A DNA stretch of 64,000 bases, taken from positions 1 to 64,000 of the IMG/VR virus record IMGVR_UViG_3300007723_000001; one strand, written 5' to 3'. Both the position numbers and the translations under genes were made by a program. Positions 30,554 through 40,433 of this stretch are shown here, piece by piece. The DNA is from a virus. The notes beneath the pieces were generated by a model. The model worked only from the letters and a program-made list of their open reading frames with translations, searched no databases and was not told where the DNA came from. Position 1 is the stretch's first letter, and each line of letters begins with the position of its first letter.

Positions 30554-33388
30554 ATGTTAAATGACAATAGTCCTAGAAAAGGTATACATGCTAGTAATTA
30601 TAAGAAAGCAAATTATGCAGTACACAGTAACTTTCTAATAAATGAAGGGGTCATAGTAAAAACATTTGGACAAGAAGCTCATGATCATCTAACTACTACC
30701 TACCAGGTTCGATTGGTAGATACAGGTCATATCATCTCTTGTAGGTCTTTATCACCTTATGCAAGCTTTGATGGTTGTGGGGTAATATATCCTTTAGAAG
30801 AAGGAGATCCAGTTCTAATAGCCTATAAAGATGGGCTCATGCAGAATGGTATAATATTAGGCTGTCCTTATCATGAAGGAGATTATGAGAAGTTTTGTGT
30901 AAGAGGTCAAGGACTTAAACCTTTAGAAGTTGATGAAGAGGGATTACAGCCTAGAGAGGCAAATCAACCTTCTATACATCCTAATAGAATAGCCCAGCCA
31001 GATAGTTATTTCTTTACTATGGGAGGTAAAGACCATATAGAACCTTTTCATGATCCAGCTATTGCTCCTATAGATGTAAAGGAAAGGTCTCGTAAAAGAT
31101 CTCAACCCTCTTCTATAGAATTTAAAAATAGATTAGGCGATTGTGTTCAATGGTCTAGTGGAGATCAAATATTAGTATCTAATAGTGATGTAATAATTCT
31201 GGCAAATTCGGGTGGTAGAGATAAATGTAGGAGGTATCAGGAGTTAGAAGAATACTATACTATGATGGCGGATGAATTGGAAAAGTATGTGGGAAAGTCT
31301 TCCAATACTGATCCTCTAAGTCGTGAGAATTCTATTAACGAAGAAACACTACAAAATGCAATAAAAGGTATAACGGGAGGTATTAAAGATATAACTGATG
31401 GTACCACTTTAATTGATGATACTAATCGGACAAACACTCTTCTACAAAATAGTTTTAATCAAAATGTTCCCACGGCATTTAGAGATTTCAATGAAGCATT
31501 CAGAACTTCATTAGAAAGAATATCAACTCCTGACGAGTTTATAGAAAGAGAGGTTATTAGATCAGGTGATACAGTAGCAAGTAAAAGATTATTACCTTAT
31601 GTAGAGGGAGAACAAAATATAGATTCACTTCAATGGGCTCCCTTAATCGAATACCATATACCTCAATTGAGAAAACTAGCGGAGAGTTCAGGACAATTAG
31701 CTAAAGTCTGTTTGGAACAAGCTGCTCAGTTAAGGAATATTGTTGAGATGAGTAGTAACGCTATGAATAGTAGTAACAATACTCAATGTACTATTAATAG
31801 TGATGAAAGCATAATAGATAAAGCAAAAGCTTTGTCAGGACAAGAACCCTGTAAAAAGGGAGATATCATACATTTTAGTTTCAGCAAATGGAAAGCTAAT
31901 GAATCTAATTTAGTAAGAGTAGATGGACAGCTGGTACAACCAGCTCTTAAAGAAGCTTATCTAAAGATGAAAGAAGCTGCCCGTAAAGATAACATAGAAA
32001 TGAGAATAGTCTCTGGCTATAGAGGCTCTAATTATAACAATAGAACTTGTGACTCTTTATCAGAAGAAAGGTTAAAAGAGGTGGCACCTGCTACACATTC
32101 AGAACATATAACTGGGTATGCCGTTGATATATTAGGTACTGGTACAGTTACTGGTTCTATTGTTCCAGATTATTCAGGCACTCCGAATGAATTAAAAGGA
32201 GTTTGGAAATGGATGCATAACAATGTTACTAAATATGGTTTTGAAATCTCATTTGGACATAACAATAAACAGGGTGTAGCGTATGAGCCTTGGCATATTA
32301 GATATATAGGTAAAGATCTACCAACTGAGTTAGCTACTATGTTTGCTCTAACTAGAAAGGGTAACAGCACGAACTCAGAAGAAGCAATATTAAGTGACTG
32401 CAAAGAGCCTAGTAATTCAGTTCAACAGGTATCTGATATAGGAAGCCTATCAAGAGGGGATTTAGATTTAGATCAAATAGTTAATGAATTAAAAATCCAC
32501 AGCATTGCGGTAGTAATAACAGCTAAAGGATCTAAAGATTCAAAGATATTAGTCAGTAGTAAAGGAAAAGAACCACCTACTAGTGCTGCATCTGTAATTA
32601 AGTTAGCAATAGCAAGTACAGTCATAAACGAGTTAATAATTGATGAACTTAATAAAGGTGTATTAGATCCAGCCTCTAATTTATTGAGAGTAGTTAGAGG
32701 AGTAGTGGGATATAGAGAGAACTTTTCAGTTGGTAGTTCTTTAACCATATCTAAACTTTGTCAGATGATGCTTGAAGAAAGTAGTAATACTGCTACCAAT
32801 GTATTAGTTCATTATTTAGGTGGCCCTGGTAATTCAGGTATTAATCCTAAAATAAAAAGTATTGGATATAATTGTACTAAATTTAACAGATATCTAAATT
32901 TACCAGGTTATTATGATGGTTCATTACAGAGCTTTCCTAGTTATAAACCAAACTGTAATGATAGTTCTTTCAATATATCTAGTGCTTACGATTCAGCTAT
33001 AGCTATGTCTAGATTGGTATCTTCTCCTAAATTCAATAAAGAGTTAAATCAAAGTATGTCTTCTAAATTACAATCATTTGTAACTAATTCAGTATTAACT
33101 CCCCTAACTCAAAGTCCTAGACCTTGGGGGAACACTAATTTAGCAGGTTATAAAACTTTGTATTCCAAATGGGGTTTTAATAGTCGTGCTAGTAATAATT
33201 CGGCTGTGTTTGACATACACAATAATTATTGTACTATTACTGTCTTTGATGATTCAGCAAAATCAGAAGGTAGGACTAATGCTGTATCAGGTTCGGTGCT
33301 AGGTGGTAACGCCTGGATTAAAGTTAATAAAGCTACTGAAATGGTGGTATCAGGATTAGACAAATTATTAGGATCTAATAACCAATAA
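30554..33388 (+). CDS. Baseplate spike (gp5/gpV-like OB fold) fused to M15B (VanY-like) peptidase and beta-lactamase/PBP-like serine hydrolase
   Basis: N-terminal G.I....Y.VRL..., PLEEGDPVLIAY.DG....IILG; SGYR, SEHITGYAVD, EPWH; ASVIK, SSNTATN, KWG. Confidence 0.8.
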   Translation: MLNDNSPRKGIHASNYKKANYAVHSNFLINEGVIVKTFGQEAHDHLTTTYQVRLVDTGHIISCRSLSPYASFDGCGVIYPLEEGDPVLIAYKDGLMQNGIILGCPYHEGDYEKFCVRGQGLKPLEVDEEGLQPREANQPSIHPNRIAQPDSYFFTMGGKDHIEPFHDPAIAPIDVKERSRKRSQPSSIEFKNRLGDCVQWSSGDQILVSNSDVIILANSGGRDKCRRYQELEEYYTMMADELEKYVGKSSNTDPLSRENSINEETLQNAIKGITGGIKDITDGTTLIDDTNRTNTLLQNSFNQNVPTAFRDFNEAFRTSLERISTPDEFIEREVIRSGDTVASKRLLPYVEGEQNIDSLQWAPLIEYHIPQLRKLAESSGQLAKVCLEQAAQLRNIVEMSSNAMNSSNNTQCTINSDESIIDKAKALSGQEPCKKGDIIHFSFSKWKANESNLVRVDGQLVQPALKEAYLKMKEAARKDNIEMRIVSGYRGSNYNNRTCDSLSEERLKEVAPATHSEHITGYAVDILGTGTVTGSIVPDYSGTPNELKGVWKWMHNNVTKYGFEISFGHNNKQGVAYEPWHIRYIGKDLPTELATMFALTRKGNSTNSEEAILSDCKEPSNSVQQVSDIGSLSRGDLDLDQIVNELKIHSIAVVITAKGSKDSKILVSSKGKEPPTSAASVIKLAIASTVINELIIDELNKGVLDPASNLLRVVRGVVGYRENFSVGSSLTISKLCQMMLEESSNTATNVLVHYLGGPGNSGINPKIKSIGYNCTKFNRYLNLPGYYDGSLQSFPSYKPNCNDSSFNISSAYDSAIAMSRLVSSPKFNKELNQSMSSKLQSFVTNSVLTPLTQSPRPWGNTNLAGYKTLYSKWGFNSRASNNSAVFDIHNNYCTITVFDDSAKSEGRTNAVSGSVLGGNAWIKVNKATEMVVSGLDKLLGSNNQ

Positions 33389-33413
33389 ATCAATATATAT
33401 AATAGTATGAAAT

Positions 33414-33887
33414 ATGAAGTATGAACCTCTATTAGTCATTCATGAATCTATTACAGAGTATGAACAATTATTGGACCATATAAAAGATCCTTACAGTACT
33501 GGAGGGTATCATTGTTTCATTCGTATTGATGGGCACATTATTTATATGGCTCCATCTAATAGAACTATACGCGCTTCTTATCCCTCTTCTTTCAATAAAG
33601 AATCTATAAATAATAGTGTAGATCCTTTCTCTTATCATGTATGTCTAGAGACGCCTTTAAATACCCCTTATACAAGTCTTAGTCATAGTGGGTATACGAT
33701 TCATCAATATACTTCTTTAGGGTACATTTATACGCGATTAGATGTAAAACCCGATAGAGTAGTATTGCATAAAGATATAGATTTGTCTGGAGAAGTTATG
33801 GATCCAAGAAGTTTTGACTTTAGAAAGTTTTGGGAATCATTACCTTTAGATAATAGAAATATAAAATTAATAGATCTGGGATTTTAG
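33414..33887 (+). CDS. N-acetylmuramoyl-L-alanine amidase (Amidase_2-like)
   Basis: VIHES, YH..I..DG, SYHVCLETP, SGYT..QY.SL, HKDID, DPRSFD. Confidence 0.8.
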   Translation: MKYEPLLVIHESITEYEQLLDHIKDPYSTGGYHCFIRIDGHIIYMAPSNRTIRASYPSSFNKESINNSVDPFSYHVCLETPLNTPYTSLSHSGYTIHQYTSLGYIYTRLDVKPDRVVLHKDIDLSGEVMDPRSFDFRKFWESLPLDNRNIKLIDLGF

Positions 33888-33904
33888 TATTTATGAATTA
33901 AGTT

Positions 33905-35203
33905 ATGAGTTATAGAGATAATATAGAAAGATATAGAAGGTTAGCTTCTAATCCTAGAGTAAGGGCGATGTTAGATACTATAGCTCACTGGGAAACCTCT
34001 AATTATAGAGGTAATCCTAGTATGCAATATAGAACGATATTTGGTGGCTCTACTGTTTCTGATTTGAGTAGACATCCTAGTAATAGACCAGCAGGTAGAT
34101 ATCAAATACAAAGAACTACTTATAATGATGCGGTAAGAGAGCTAGGGATATCTGACTTCCAACCAGAAACACAGGATTTAATAGCTATATGGTTAATGGA
34201 TTGTAGAGGTTCTTTAGACCATTTGTTGAATGGAGACTTAAGGTCAGCCATTCTAGGTAATGGTAAAGCAACCCCTTGTGGTAAATCAGGTCTAGGTTGG
34301 GAATGGGCAGTTTTGCCAGGAAATAACTACGGTCAGACTAGTGAGACTCTAAGTAGTGTTAGAAAGGTATATGAATCTTATTTAGGTTCAGGTAGTTCAT
34401 CCCCTATTAATGAAAATAATACAACTTCAGAAGCCGATTCAAATAATAATAATAATGATTCATCTATTAATCAAATATCTACTTCTAATCAAGTAAGTTT
34501 AGAAACTAATTTGTTAGGTCAAATGGCTAGTGGTGTTAAAGTGTTAGGATTTAGCTTCGATCCTGATAAATGTAATTGGAGAAAGGATACAAACTCCAAT
34601 ATTAGAAAGATAAAAGTTTATCCTAATTGCAAGATTAGTATAGTATCTGGAGGTAATGTAGCTACTTCTATAGCAGCTGTTTCTAGTGGTAATGCTATAT
34701 TAAGTAATTCTACTAATAATAAATCCTCTTCACCTACTATAGGTAATCCTTCTGCAACAGGTGGTAAATTGAATTTCATCTGTCCTGTGCAGTCTCCAAG
34801 AATGTCCTTGACTGGTAGATTTGGAGATCCTAGAAGCGGCGGTAAAAGAAGACATAAAGGCATAGATCTTTCAACTGTAGGAGGTTCAGGTAAGGGCTCT
34901 CCTTTACTAGCTCCCAAAGACGGTAAAGTAATTCGTAGAGATTATCAAGAATGCGGGGCAGGACATTGGATAAGAATAGATCATGGAGAAGGGGTCCAAA
35001 CTGTATTTATGCATATTCATGCTGGAACTCTAACTGTAGATGAAGGTCAAACAGTTAGACAAGGACAAATCTTAGGCTATGAAGGAGCAAGTGGTTTAAC
35101 GTGTTGGGAGGGTGGAGGTACTCACCTTCATTTTGAAATATATATAAATGGTAGTGCAGTCAATCCTTTACCTTATGTTTGCAAACAATGTAAAGTCTGT
35201 TAG
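33905..35203 (+). CDS. Lambda R-like lysozyme/transglycosylase plus M23 peptidase
   Basis: AMLDTIAHWE, AGRYQ, DFQPETQD, WAVLPG..YGQ; HKGID and HLH. Confidence 0.85.
   Translation: MSYRDNIERYRRLASNPRVRAMLDTIAHWETSNYRGNPSMQYRTIFGGSTVSDLSRHPSNRPAGRYQIQRTTYNDAVRELGISDFQPETQDLIAIWLMDCRGSLDHLLNGDLRSAILGNGKATPCGKSGLGWEWAVLPGNNYGQTSETLSSVRKVYESYLGSGSSSPINENNTTSEADSNNNNNDSSINQISTSNQVSLETNLLGQMASGVKVLGFSFDPDKCNWRKDTNSNIRKIKVYPNCKISIVSGGNVATSIAAVSSGNAILSNSTNNKSSSPTIGNPSATGGKLNFICPVQSPRMSLTGRFGDPRSGGKRRHKGIDLSTVGGSGKGSPLLAPKDGKVIRRDYQECGAGHWIRIDHGEGVQTVFMHIHAGTLTVDEGQTVRQGQILGYEGASGLTCWEGGGTHLHFEIYINGSAVNPLPYVCKQCKVC
34551..34629 (+). repeat. Direct repeat copy 1 (79 nt, 75/79 identical to 35951-36029)
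   Basis: Encodes FSFDPDKCNWRKDTNSNIRKIKVYPNC; the four differences are synonymous. Confidence 0.95.
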
Positions 35204-35220
35204 TTAAATGTATAAATTAA

Positions 35221-36645
35221 ATGAGTATTACTAATGTAGAAGAATTATTTAGAACAAGAGAATCAATAGGGGCATTAGTTATTGGACACGCAGAAGGTAA
35301 TATTGATATAAATGGAAATCCTACAGAAGCTTATTATGGTCATGAGGATCCAGGAAATAAGAAAATGAATTGGGGTTGGTGTAGTGACCAAGGTAAAGGA
35401 GGTGGAACTGTAGAAGGAGCAGATAAATTCTGTTTTGAATATACTATGCGTTACTTAGGTAAATCTAGAGAAACCATGAGAGAAAATGGTTTCGATTTAA
35501 TTAGAGACTTTGAGTTATTAATTAATACTATCGATTTAAGAAACCAAGCTGCTCCTGCTCATTATGTCAGATGGTTAGCTGAATATAGATGGTTGAAAGA
35601 AAATACTACCGGTATGAGTCAACATGAATTGATTGCAGCAGCAAGAGCTAATTCTTTCGTTATTAATGGTAGAAATACAGCAACTGGTCTTCACAAATTT
35701 TGTACTGGGCCTTCAGACGGTAAAGGTCATAAAGGTAATAGATATAACATAACTTATTGGGGATGTGTTTATAGAGATCAACTTAGGAGGTCAGAGGCTA
35801 TTAACAGAATGCTAACTAAACATAAAGATAAATTAAGTGGCATGGTTTTGGATTCAACTAGTAGTACTGTTAATAACAATAGTAGTTCTGTTGCTAGTGA
35901 GGCACAGAATCAACTAGGTTTAATGTCAGCTGGGGTCAAAATAGGAAACTTTAGTTTTGATCCTGATAAATGTAATTGGAGAAAGGATACGAACTCTAAT
36001 ATTAGAAAGATAAAAGTTTATCCTAATTGTTCTATATCCTTAGTAAACTCTTCTAATCTTAGTAGCTCTTCAAGCGTATTATCTTCAGGTAATTCTATAC
36101 TAAATAGCAATTCATCAAATAATGGAGAATCCAATATTCAACTAGAGAGCGTGGATATGAGCAATTTACCAAATGCTAAAAATAAAACTATATCAACTCC
36201 TATAGGTTATACCGATCCTATGCCTTGGCCCACTACTGTTCTAACTAGTAGGTTCAATCCTAGAAGAAATGGTAGATGGCATCCGGGTACAGATCTATCA
36301 GGTGGCGGGGCGGGTAAAGACATAGTAGCTTCTAAGGATGGGATAGTAGTAACTTCTCTTACTTCTGGTCATAACGGTGGATTCGGTCTATATGTTACTG
36401 TATTACATCCTGACTCTTTATATACTGGTTACCATCATCTTCATCCAAGTACAATAGTAGTTAAAAAAGGACAAAGAGTTAAACAAGGTGAAAAATTAGG
36501 TGGTATGGGTACTACTGGATTTAGTACAGGACCTCATCTACATTTTGAATTAAGAACTACAATAAGTCCTAATGATCGATCTGCTCCAGCCAATACTCAC
36601 TACAATCCTGAGAAGTACGTTAAAGCTAAATGGAGTAAAGCTTAA
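35221..36645 (+). CDS. Putative lysozyme-like domain (IGHAEG..YYGH.DPGN) plus M23 peptidase
   Basis: N-terminal motif resembling a cyanobacterial conserved domain; HPGTD and HLH M23 motifs. Confidence 0.75.
   Translation: MSITNVEELFRTRESIGALVIGHAEGNIDINGNPTEAYYGHEDPGNKKMNWGWCSDQGKGGGTVEGADKFCFEYTMRYLGKSRETMRENGFDLIRDFELLINTIDLRNQAAPAHYVRWLAEYRWLKENTTGMSQHELIAAARANSFVINGRNTATGLHKFCTGPSDGKGHKGNRYNITYWGCVYRDQLRRSEAINRMLTKHKDKLSGMVLDSTSSTVNNNSSSVASEAQNQLGLMSAGVKIGNFSFDPDKCNWRKDTNSNIRKIKVYPNCSISLVNSSNLSSSSSVLSSGNSILNSNSSNNGESNIQLESVDMSNLPNAKNKTISTPIGYTDPMPWPTTVLTSRFNPRRNGRWHPGTDLSGGGAGKDIVASKDGIVVTSLTSGHNGGFGLYVTVLHPDSLYTGYHHLHPSTIVVKKGQRVKQGEKLGGMGTTGFSTGPHLHFELRTTISPNDRSAPANTHYNPEKYVKAKWSKA
35951..36029 (+). 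repeat. Direct repeat copy 2
   Basis: See 34551-34629. Confidence 0.95.
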
Positions 36646-37043
36646 CTTTCTAATATAGAATCTAACCAATTAGAAATACTTCTTTTATCTTTACCTACTA
36701 TAGTTTCATTTGTATTAGGATCGTTCAAAGCTTTGACTAATACTTCTAAAATAGTCTGTTGGTATATTGGATTGCTCCTCTCTATTAAATCTAATATATT
36801 ACTTGAAAATAGTTCTATCATTTTATATCTCTTATTTATTAAAGAGCATATTATTATCTTATGGAAGTAAGACAGTTCTAGATAATCATAGACTATTTGA
36901 GTAAGTGAAGATTTAAAAGTATCACCTAATATTTTGTACTGCTCTAAAGTTATACTCCTGAAATCTATAGAATATATGCTTTTGAGTTGGTATATGATAA
37001 ATCTTAACCTCTTTGCTATATCCAATATATTAATAACGTCCAT
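36642..37043 (-). CDS. Hypothetical protein
   Basis: 133-aa helical ORF at the end of the minus-strand operon. Confidence 0.5.
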   Translation of the reverse strand: MDVINILDIAKRLRFIIYQLKSIYSIDFRSITLEQYKILGDTFKSSLTQIVYDYLELSYFHKIIICSLINKRYKMIELFSSNILDLIERSNPIYQQTILEVLVKALNDPNTNETIVGKDKRSISNWLDSILES

Positions 37044-37057
37044 ATCTATAAATATAT

Positions 37058-37486
37058 CTAGAATAAAAAATGATCAGGTAGAAATATATTTAGAGTCTTC
37101 TTTATAACTTCAATGTTAAATTCCTTGCCTCTATCACTAAGTGAATGTAGTTGTAGTCTAATTATTTCTTTGTTGTTAGTTGTACAAAATAATATAACTA
37201 ATAATCTAACTAACTCTGGATTATTGGAATGTAGATAATAGCTTAACTCTACTATCAAATCTTGGTTAGTAAGAGTACTTATTGAATTACAATTAATAAT
37301 TGACTTAAGCAAAAGAAGTAGTTTCTCTTCCTTTACATTAGAATAAACTAACCATTCGTAAAATACTTCTTGTTCTAAAGAATTTGTCTTTATGTATGTA
37401 GAAATATAGTATATTAATTTATTTAATAAAGTTTTATTAGATATATCTATAATACTCAAAGTACCTAATAGTACTCTTAAGTTCAT
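37058..37486 (-). CDS. Hypothetical protein
   Basis: 142-aa Leu-rich helical ORF. Confidence 0.5.
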   Translation of the reverse strand: MNLRVLLGTLSIIDISNKTLLNKLIYYISTYIKTNSLEQEVFYEWLVYSNVKEEKLLLLLKSIINCNSISTLTNQDLIVELSYYLHSNNPELVRLLVILFCTTNNKEIIRLQLHSLSDRGKEFNIEVIKKTLNIFLPDHFLF

Positions 37487-37509
37487 ACAAGTAAATATTA
37501 AAGTATTGT

Positions 37510-40362
37510 TTAGTACGTAACAAACTTTATATCTTTTATACTAGGTCTTTGTAGTATATTATTAGTATTTAATATAATCTTTATAGTCACCCATTCTCTT
37601 AATATGGTTATGTTGTCCTCAGTCAATTCTTTGTATGGGACTGACTCCGTTAGATTATGTAAATAAAACTTAGAAGAATCTTCTTCATCAATTAATAACT
37701 TTTCCCACTCCTGACCTTTATTAGACGAAATAAATATTTCTATTGAAGATCCCTCTGGTTGAAGATAACTTAACCATAAGTCTACATTTGTATATGGACT
37801 ACCAATGTCAAATGTTTTACTTATCCAATTCCCAGACGGTAGATAATTAGTAACTATAAAATAACTTGTGTCTAGATTAACTAAGGATAAAGGATAATTC
37901 AGTTTATAACTTACTTTTATAGAACTTGCTTCATTGAATTCACTATCTAAGTTCTCATACTCACTATCTATTACTAACATATTACTAAAATCACCCTTGT
38001 CACCTATCCATTCTAAATGATCATGAATTCTTATAAAGGGTTCAATAGATTGTAAATTAATAGTCAATATATTATCTGTATATAAGGTAGTGCCTAAGTT
38101 GAGTTTTATATTTAAATCCTTATCAGATATGGTTTCCCAAACTCCTCGGCTGTTTCTACGCATTAAGTTACCTAAAGTATAATCTTGTCCATTACTATCA
38201 CTATTGCTATTACACTTGAACTTCATAGATGAAGCATTAAAATAACAGATATTTATGGAGTAAAAATTAGGATCCAATACCACCATAGGATTTAAATCTA
38301 TATCTATGTAAGTATTGGAAGTTATACTGTTAAATGATTTATACCCAAATGCTAAATAGTCATTAAGAGTCGGAATAGAATTATTAGATCTAGTAATAGT
38401 TATAACTATAAAAGTTAAAGGATCATTTGTAGTATCCTTTATAACTTCTTCTATAGATATAGAAATATTCTTTATTACTTTAGATTCCTCTATCTTAATA
38501 ATTTGACTAAGAGTATTTGTATAATCATTGTCTATGAATAAAGAATTTTTATAAGTACTTATAGGTAAATTAAATGACTTTTTTATATCTCCATCAACTT
38601 CTATAAATAAGTCATTAGATACATCATATTTTGTACTTCCAGGTAAATCGAATTTAACTATAGAAGTGTTATCTTTAGGAATAAGTGAACTATCTTGTTC
38701 ACTGCTTCTAGATCCATATAAGGTACTAAAGTTATTTATATATTCGTTTGCAACAGCAAACAAAAACTCTGAATCATTATTAAATACAAATAATAGGATA
38801 TCATTTGTAAACCTATTAGGCTTACCTAAAGTTATATAAATAGTGGACTCTGTAGGATCAAGATTAATACTATTATTCCCTTTAGCTATATCTATTGACT
38901 CAAAGGTCAATTCTGGGGAAGATACTACTTCTTTATTATGTACAGAGGATATAAGTTTACTACCTTTTGTATAACTTATATCAGCTGAATTTACTTTTAT
39001 ATATTCATTTATAGTTTGAAGAGTAATTGCATTATCAGACTCTATATAAGATACAGAATACAAAGGATGATTGATGTCCGAGTATTGGGAGAGGATAGAA
39101 GAAGCTTTCTTATCTATTAAGTTAGTCTCGACCTTAGCAATTAATTGTTTATCTAACTCTAACTGAAGTAATCTTTTCTCTAAAGCTTCTAACCGCATAA
39201 CAGCTTGAGTTAGTTCTACATTTGTGATAGCTCTGTAAGAATCCTCATTGTCTATTATAATTTCATACAATGTGGGATTCTGGGATAAGTCTTTTCTTAT
39301 ATTTACTGTTGCTAGTAATAAATGATTAACCCCTGTCTGACTTAATCCTAAATAAAGAGAAGTGTTAGATAAATTAATATTCTTATCTTGATTATTATCT
39401 TTCCAAATGTAAATCTGATTCTGTTGAGGATCTGTATCACTATAGTAAAAAGAATCAACAATTACATTAGAACCTTTTAAAGTTTCAATCAATGAGTAAT
39501 CTTTAAGAGGATATACAGAAGAATCAACTTTTCTTATCTCAATAAGACCAATGGAATTAATTAATACCATATACTTACCTTCATTCACAAAGTATTCTTC
39601 AATAGGTAGAGGTAATGGGTTTTCTATAACTATTCTTTTACCATCTATATAGCAAACACCTGATTGTAATGTAATAGTCTTATTATTAGTAGATGTTACT
39701 TTTAACCCTTTATTTATAAAGTCTCCAGACTCCTCAAAAAAGTATCTCTCAACGTAAGGTGTAATAGAAGGTAAGGTGTAATTCTGGTTAGTAGTTAGAT
39801 TTGATTTAGAATCAATATAAAGAATATCTACAGTCCTAGAAGATTGTACATTAATTAAAGCTATAGGGAAACCATCGATATACTCTTCTTTGTTAGTTTG
39901 ATCTCCTACTAAACTTAGGTCACCTGATACCTTTTGCTTTATCATTCCATAAGATCCAAATATCGGACCCCCTTGTATAGGGTTTCTATATTCGTCATTT
40001 ATATATTCAAGCTCTTTGTGTTTAGTATTAATCTTCAACCAATATAAACCTTCTTCTACAGGTAAAGGTAGAGTCTTATTCTGAATATCAATTACCTCAG
40101 ATAGATTATTAAGATTAATATATATAGTGCCTTTAGAAATATAAAGATGTGTATTATTTATAACTACTACTTTTAATCCTTCAACTACTGAATAATAAGA
40201 AAATAAAAACTTATATGGACTATTGGCAATATAATTTATTAAATATTGAGTATCCAATAGTTCAGTAAGCTGAAGTCTTTTTCCAGATCTATATAATACT
40301 TTTACCCAATCATTTCCTTCTTTCCATCTAGTCAGAGTAATAACCTTTTCTTTCTTGTTCAT
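37510..40362 (-). CDS. DUF4815-like virion/baseplate protein (diverged paralog of 40434..44675)
   Basis: W.KVLYRSGKRLQ.TEL...Q; R.FEESGDF...G; G.CYIDG.RI. Confidence 0.65.
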   Translation of the reverse strand: MNKKEKVITLTRWKEGNDWVKVLYRSGKRLQLTELLDTQYLINYIANSPYKFLFSYYSVVEGLKVVVINNTHLYISKGTIYINLNNLSEVIDIQNKTLPLPVEEGLYWLKINTKHKELEYINDEYRNPIQGGPIFGSYGMIKQKVSGDLSLVGDQTNKEEYIDGFPIALINVQSSRTVDILYIDSKSNLTTNQNYTLPSITPYVERYFFEESGDFINKGLKVTSTNNKTITLQSGVCYIDGKRIVIENPLPLPIEEYFVNEGKYMVLINSIGLIEIRKVDSSVYPLKDYSLIETLKGSNVIVDSFYYSDTDPQQNQIYIWKDNNQDKNINLSNTSLYLGLSQTGVNHLLLATVNIRKDLSQNPTLYEIIIDNEDSYRAITNVELTQAVMRLEALEKRLLQLELDKQLIAKVETNLIDKKASSILSQYSDINHPLYSVSYIESDNAITLQTINEYIKVNSADISYTKGSKLISSVHNKEVVSSPELTFESIDIAKGNNSINLDPTESTIYITLGKPNRFTNDILLFVFNNDSEFLFAVANEYINNFSTLYGSRSSEQDSSLIPKDNTSIVKFDLPGSTKYDVSNDLFIEVDGDIKKSFNLPISTYKNSLFIDNDYTNTLSQIIKIEESKVIKNISISIEEVIKDTTNDPLTFIVITITRSNNSIPTLNDYLAFGYKSFNSITSNTYIDIDLNPMVVLDPNFYSINICYFNASSMKFKCNSNSDSNGQDYTLGNLMRRNSRGVWETISDKDLNIKLNLGTTLYTDNILTINLQSIEPFIRIHDHLEWIGDKGDFSNMLVIDSEYENLDSEFNEASSIKVSYKLNYPLSLVNLDTSYFIVTNYLPSGNWISKTFDIGSPYTNVDLWLSYLQPEGSSIEIFISSNKGQEWEKLLIDEEDSSKFYLHNLTESVPYKELTEDNITILREWVTIKIILNTNNILQRPSIKDIKFVTY

Positions 40363-40433
40363 TATTAAATTTAAGATTTAAGTCTATTATTTATATAAAA
40401 ACATTCAATGTATATAAATAATCTAACGTAATA

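Noticed and set aside
32500-33388. Antibiotic-resistance beta-lactamase or VanY resistance gene
   Set aside because: Domains are fused to a baseplate spike among peptidoglycan hydrolases; a cell-wall role is more parsimonious
34551-36029. Repeat pair as DGR template/variable region or CRISPR repeat
   Set aside because: Only two copies, both coding, differences synonymous and not adenine-specific; no reverse transcriptase or spacers seen
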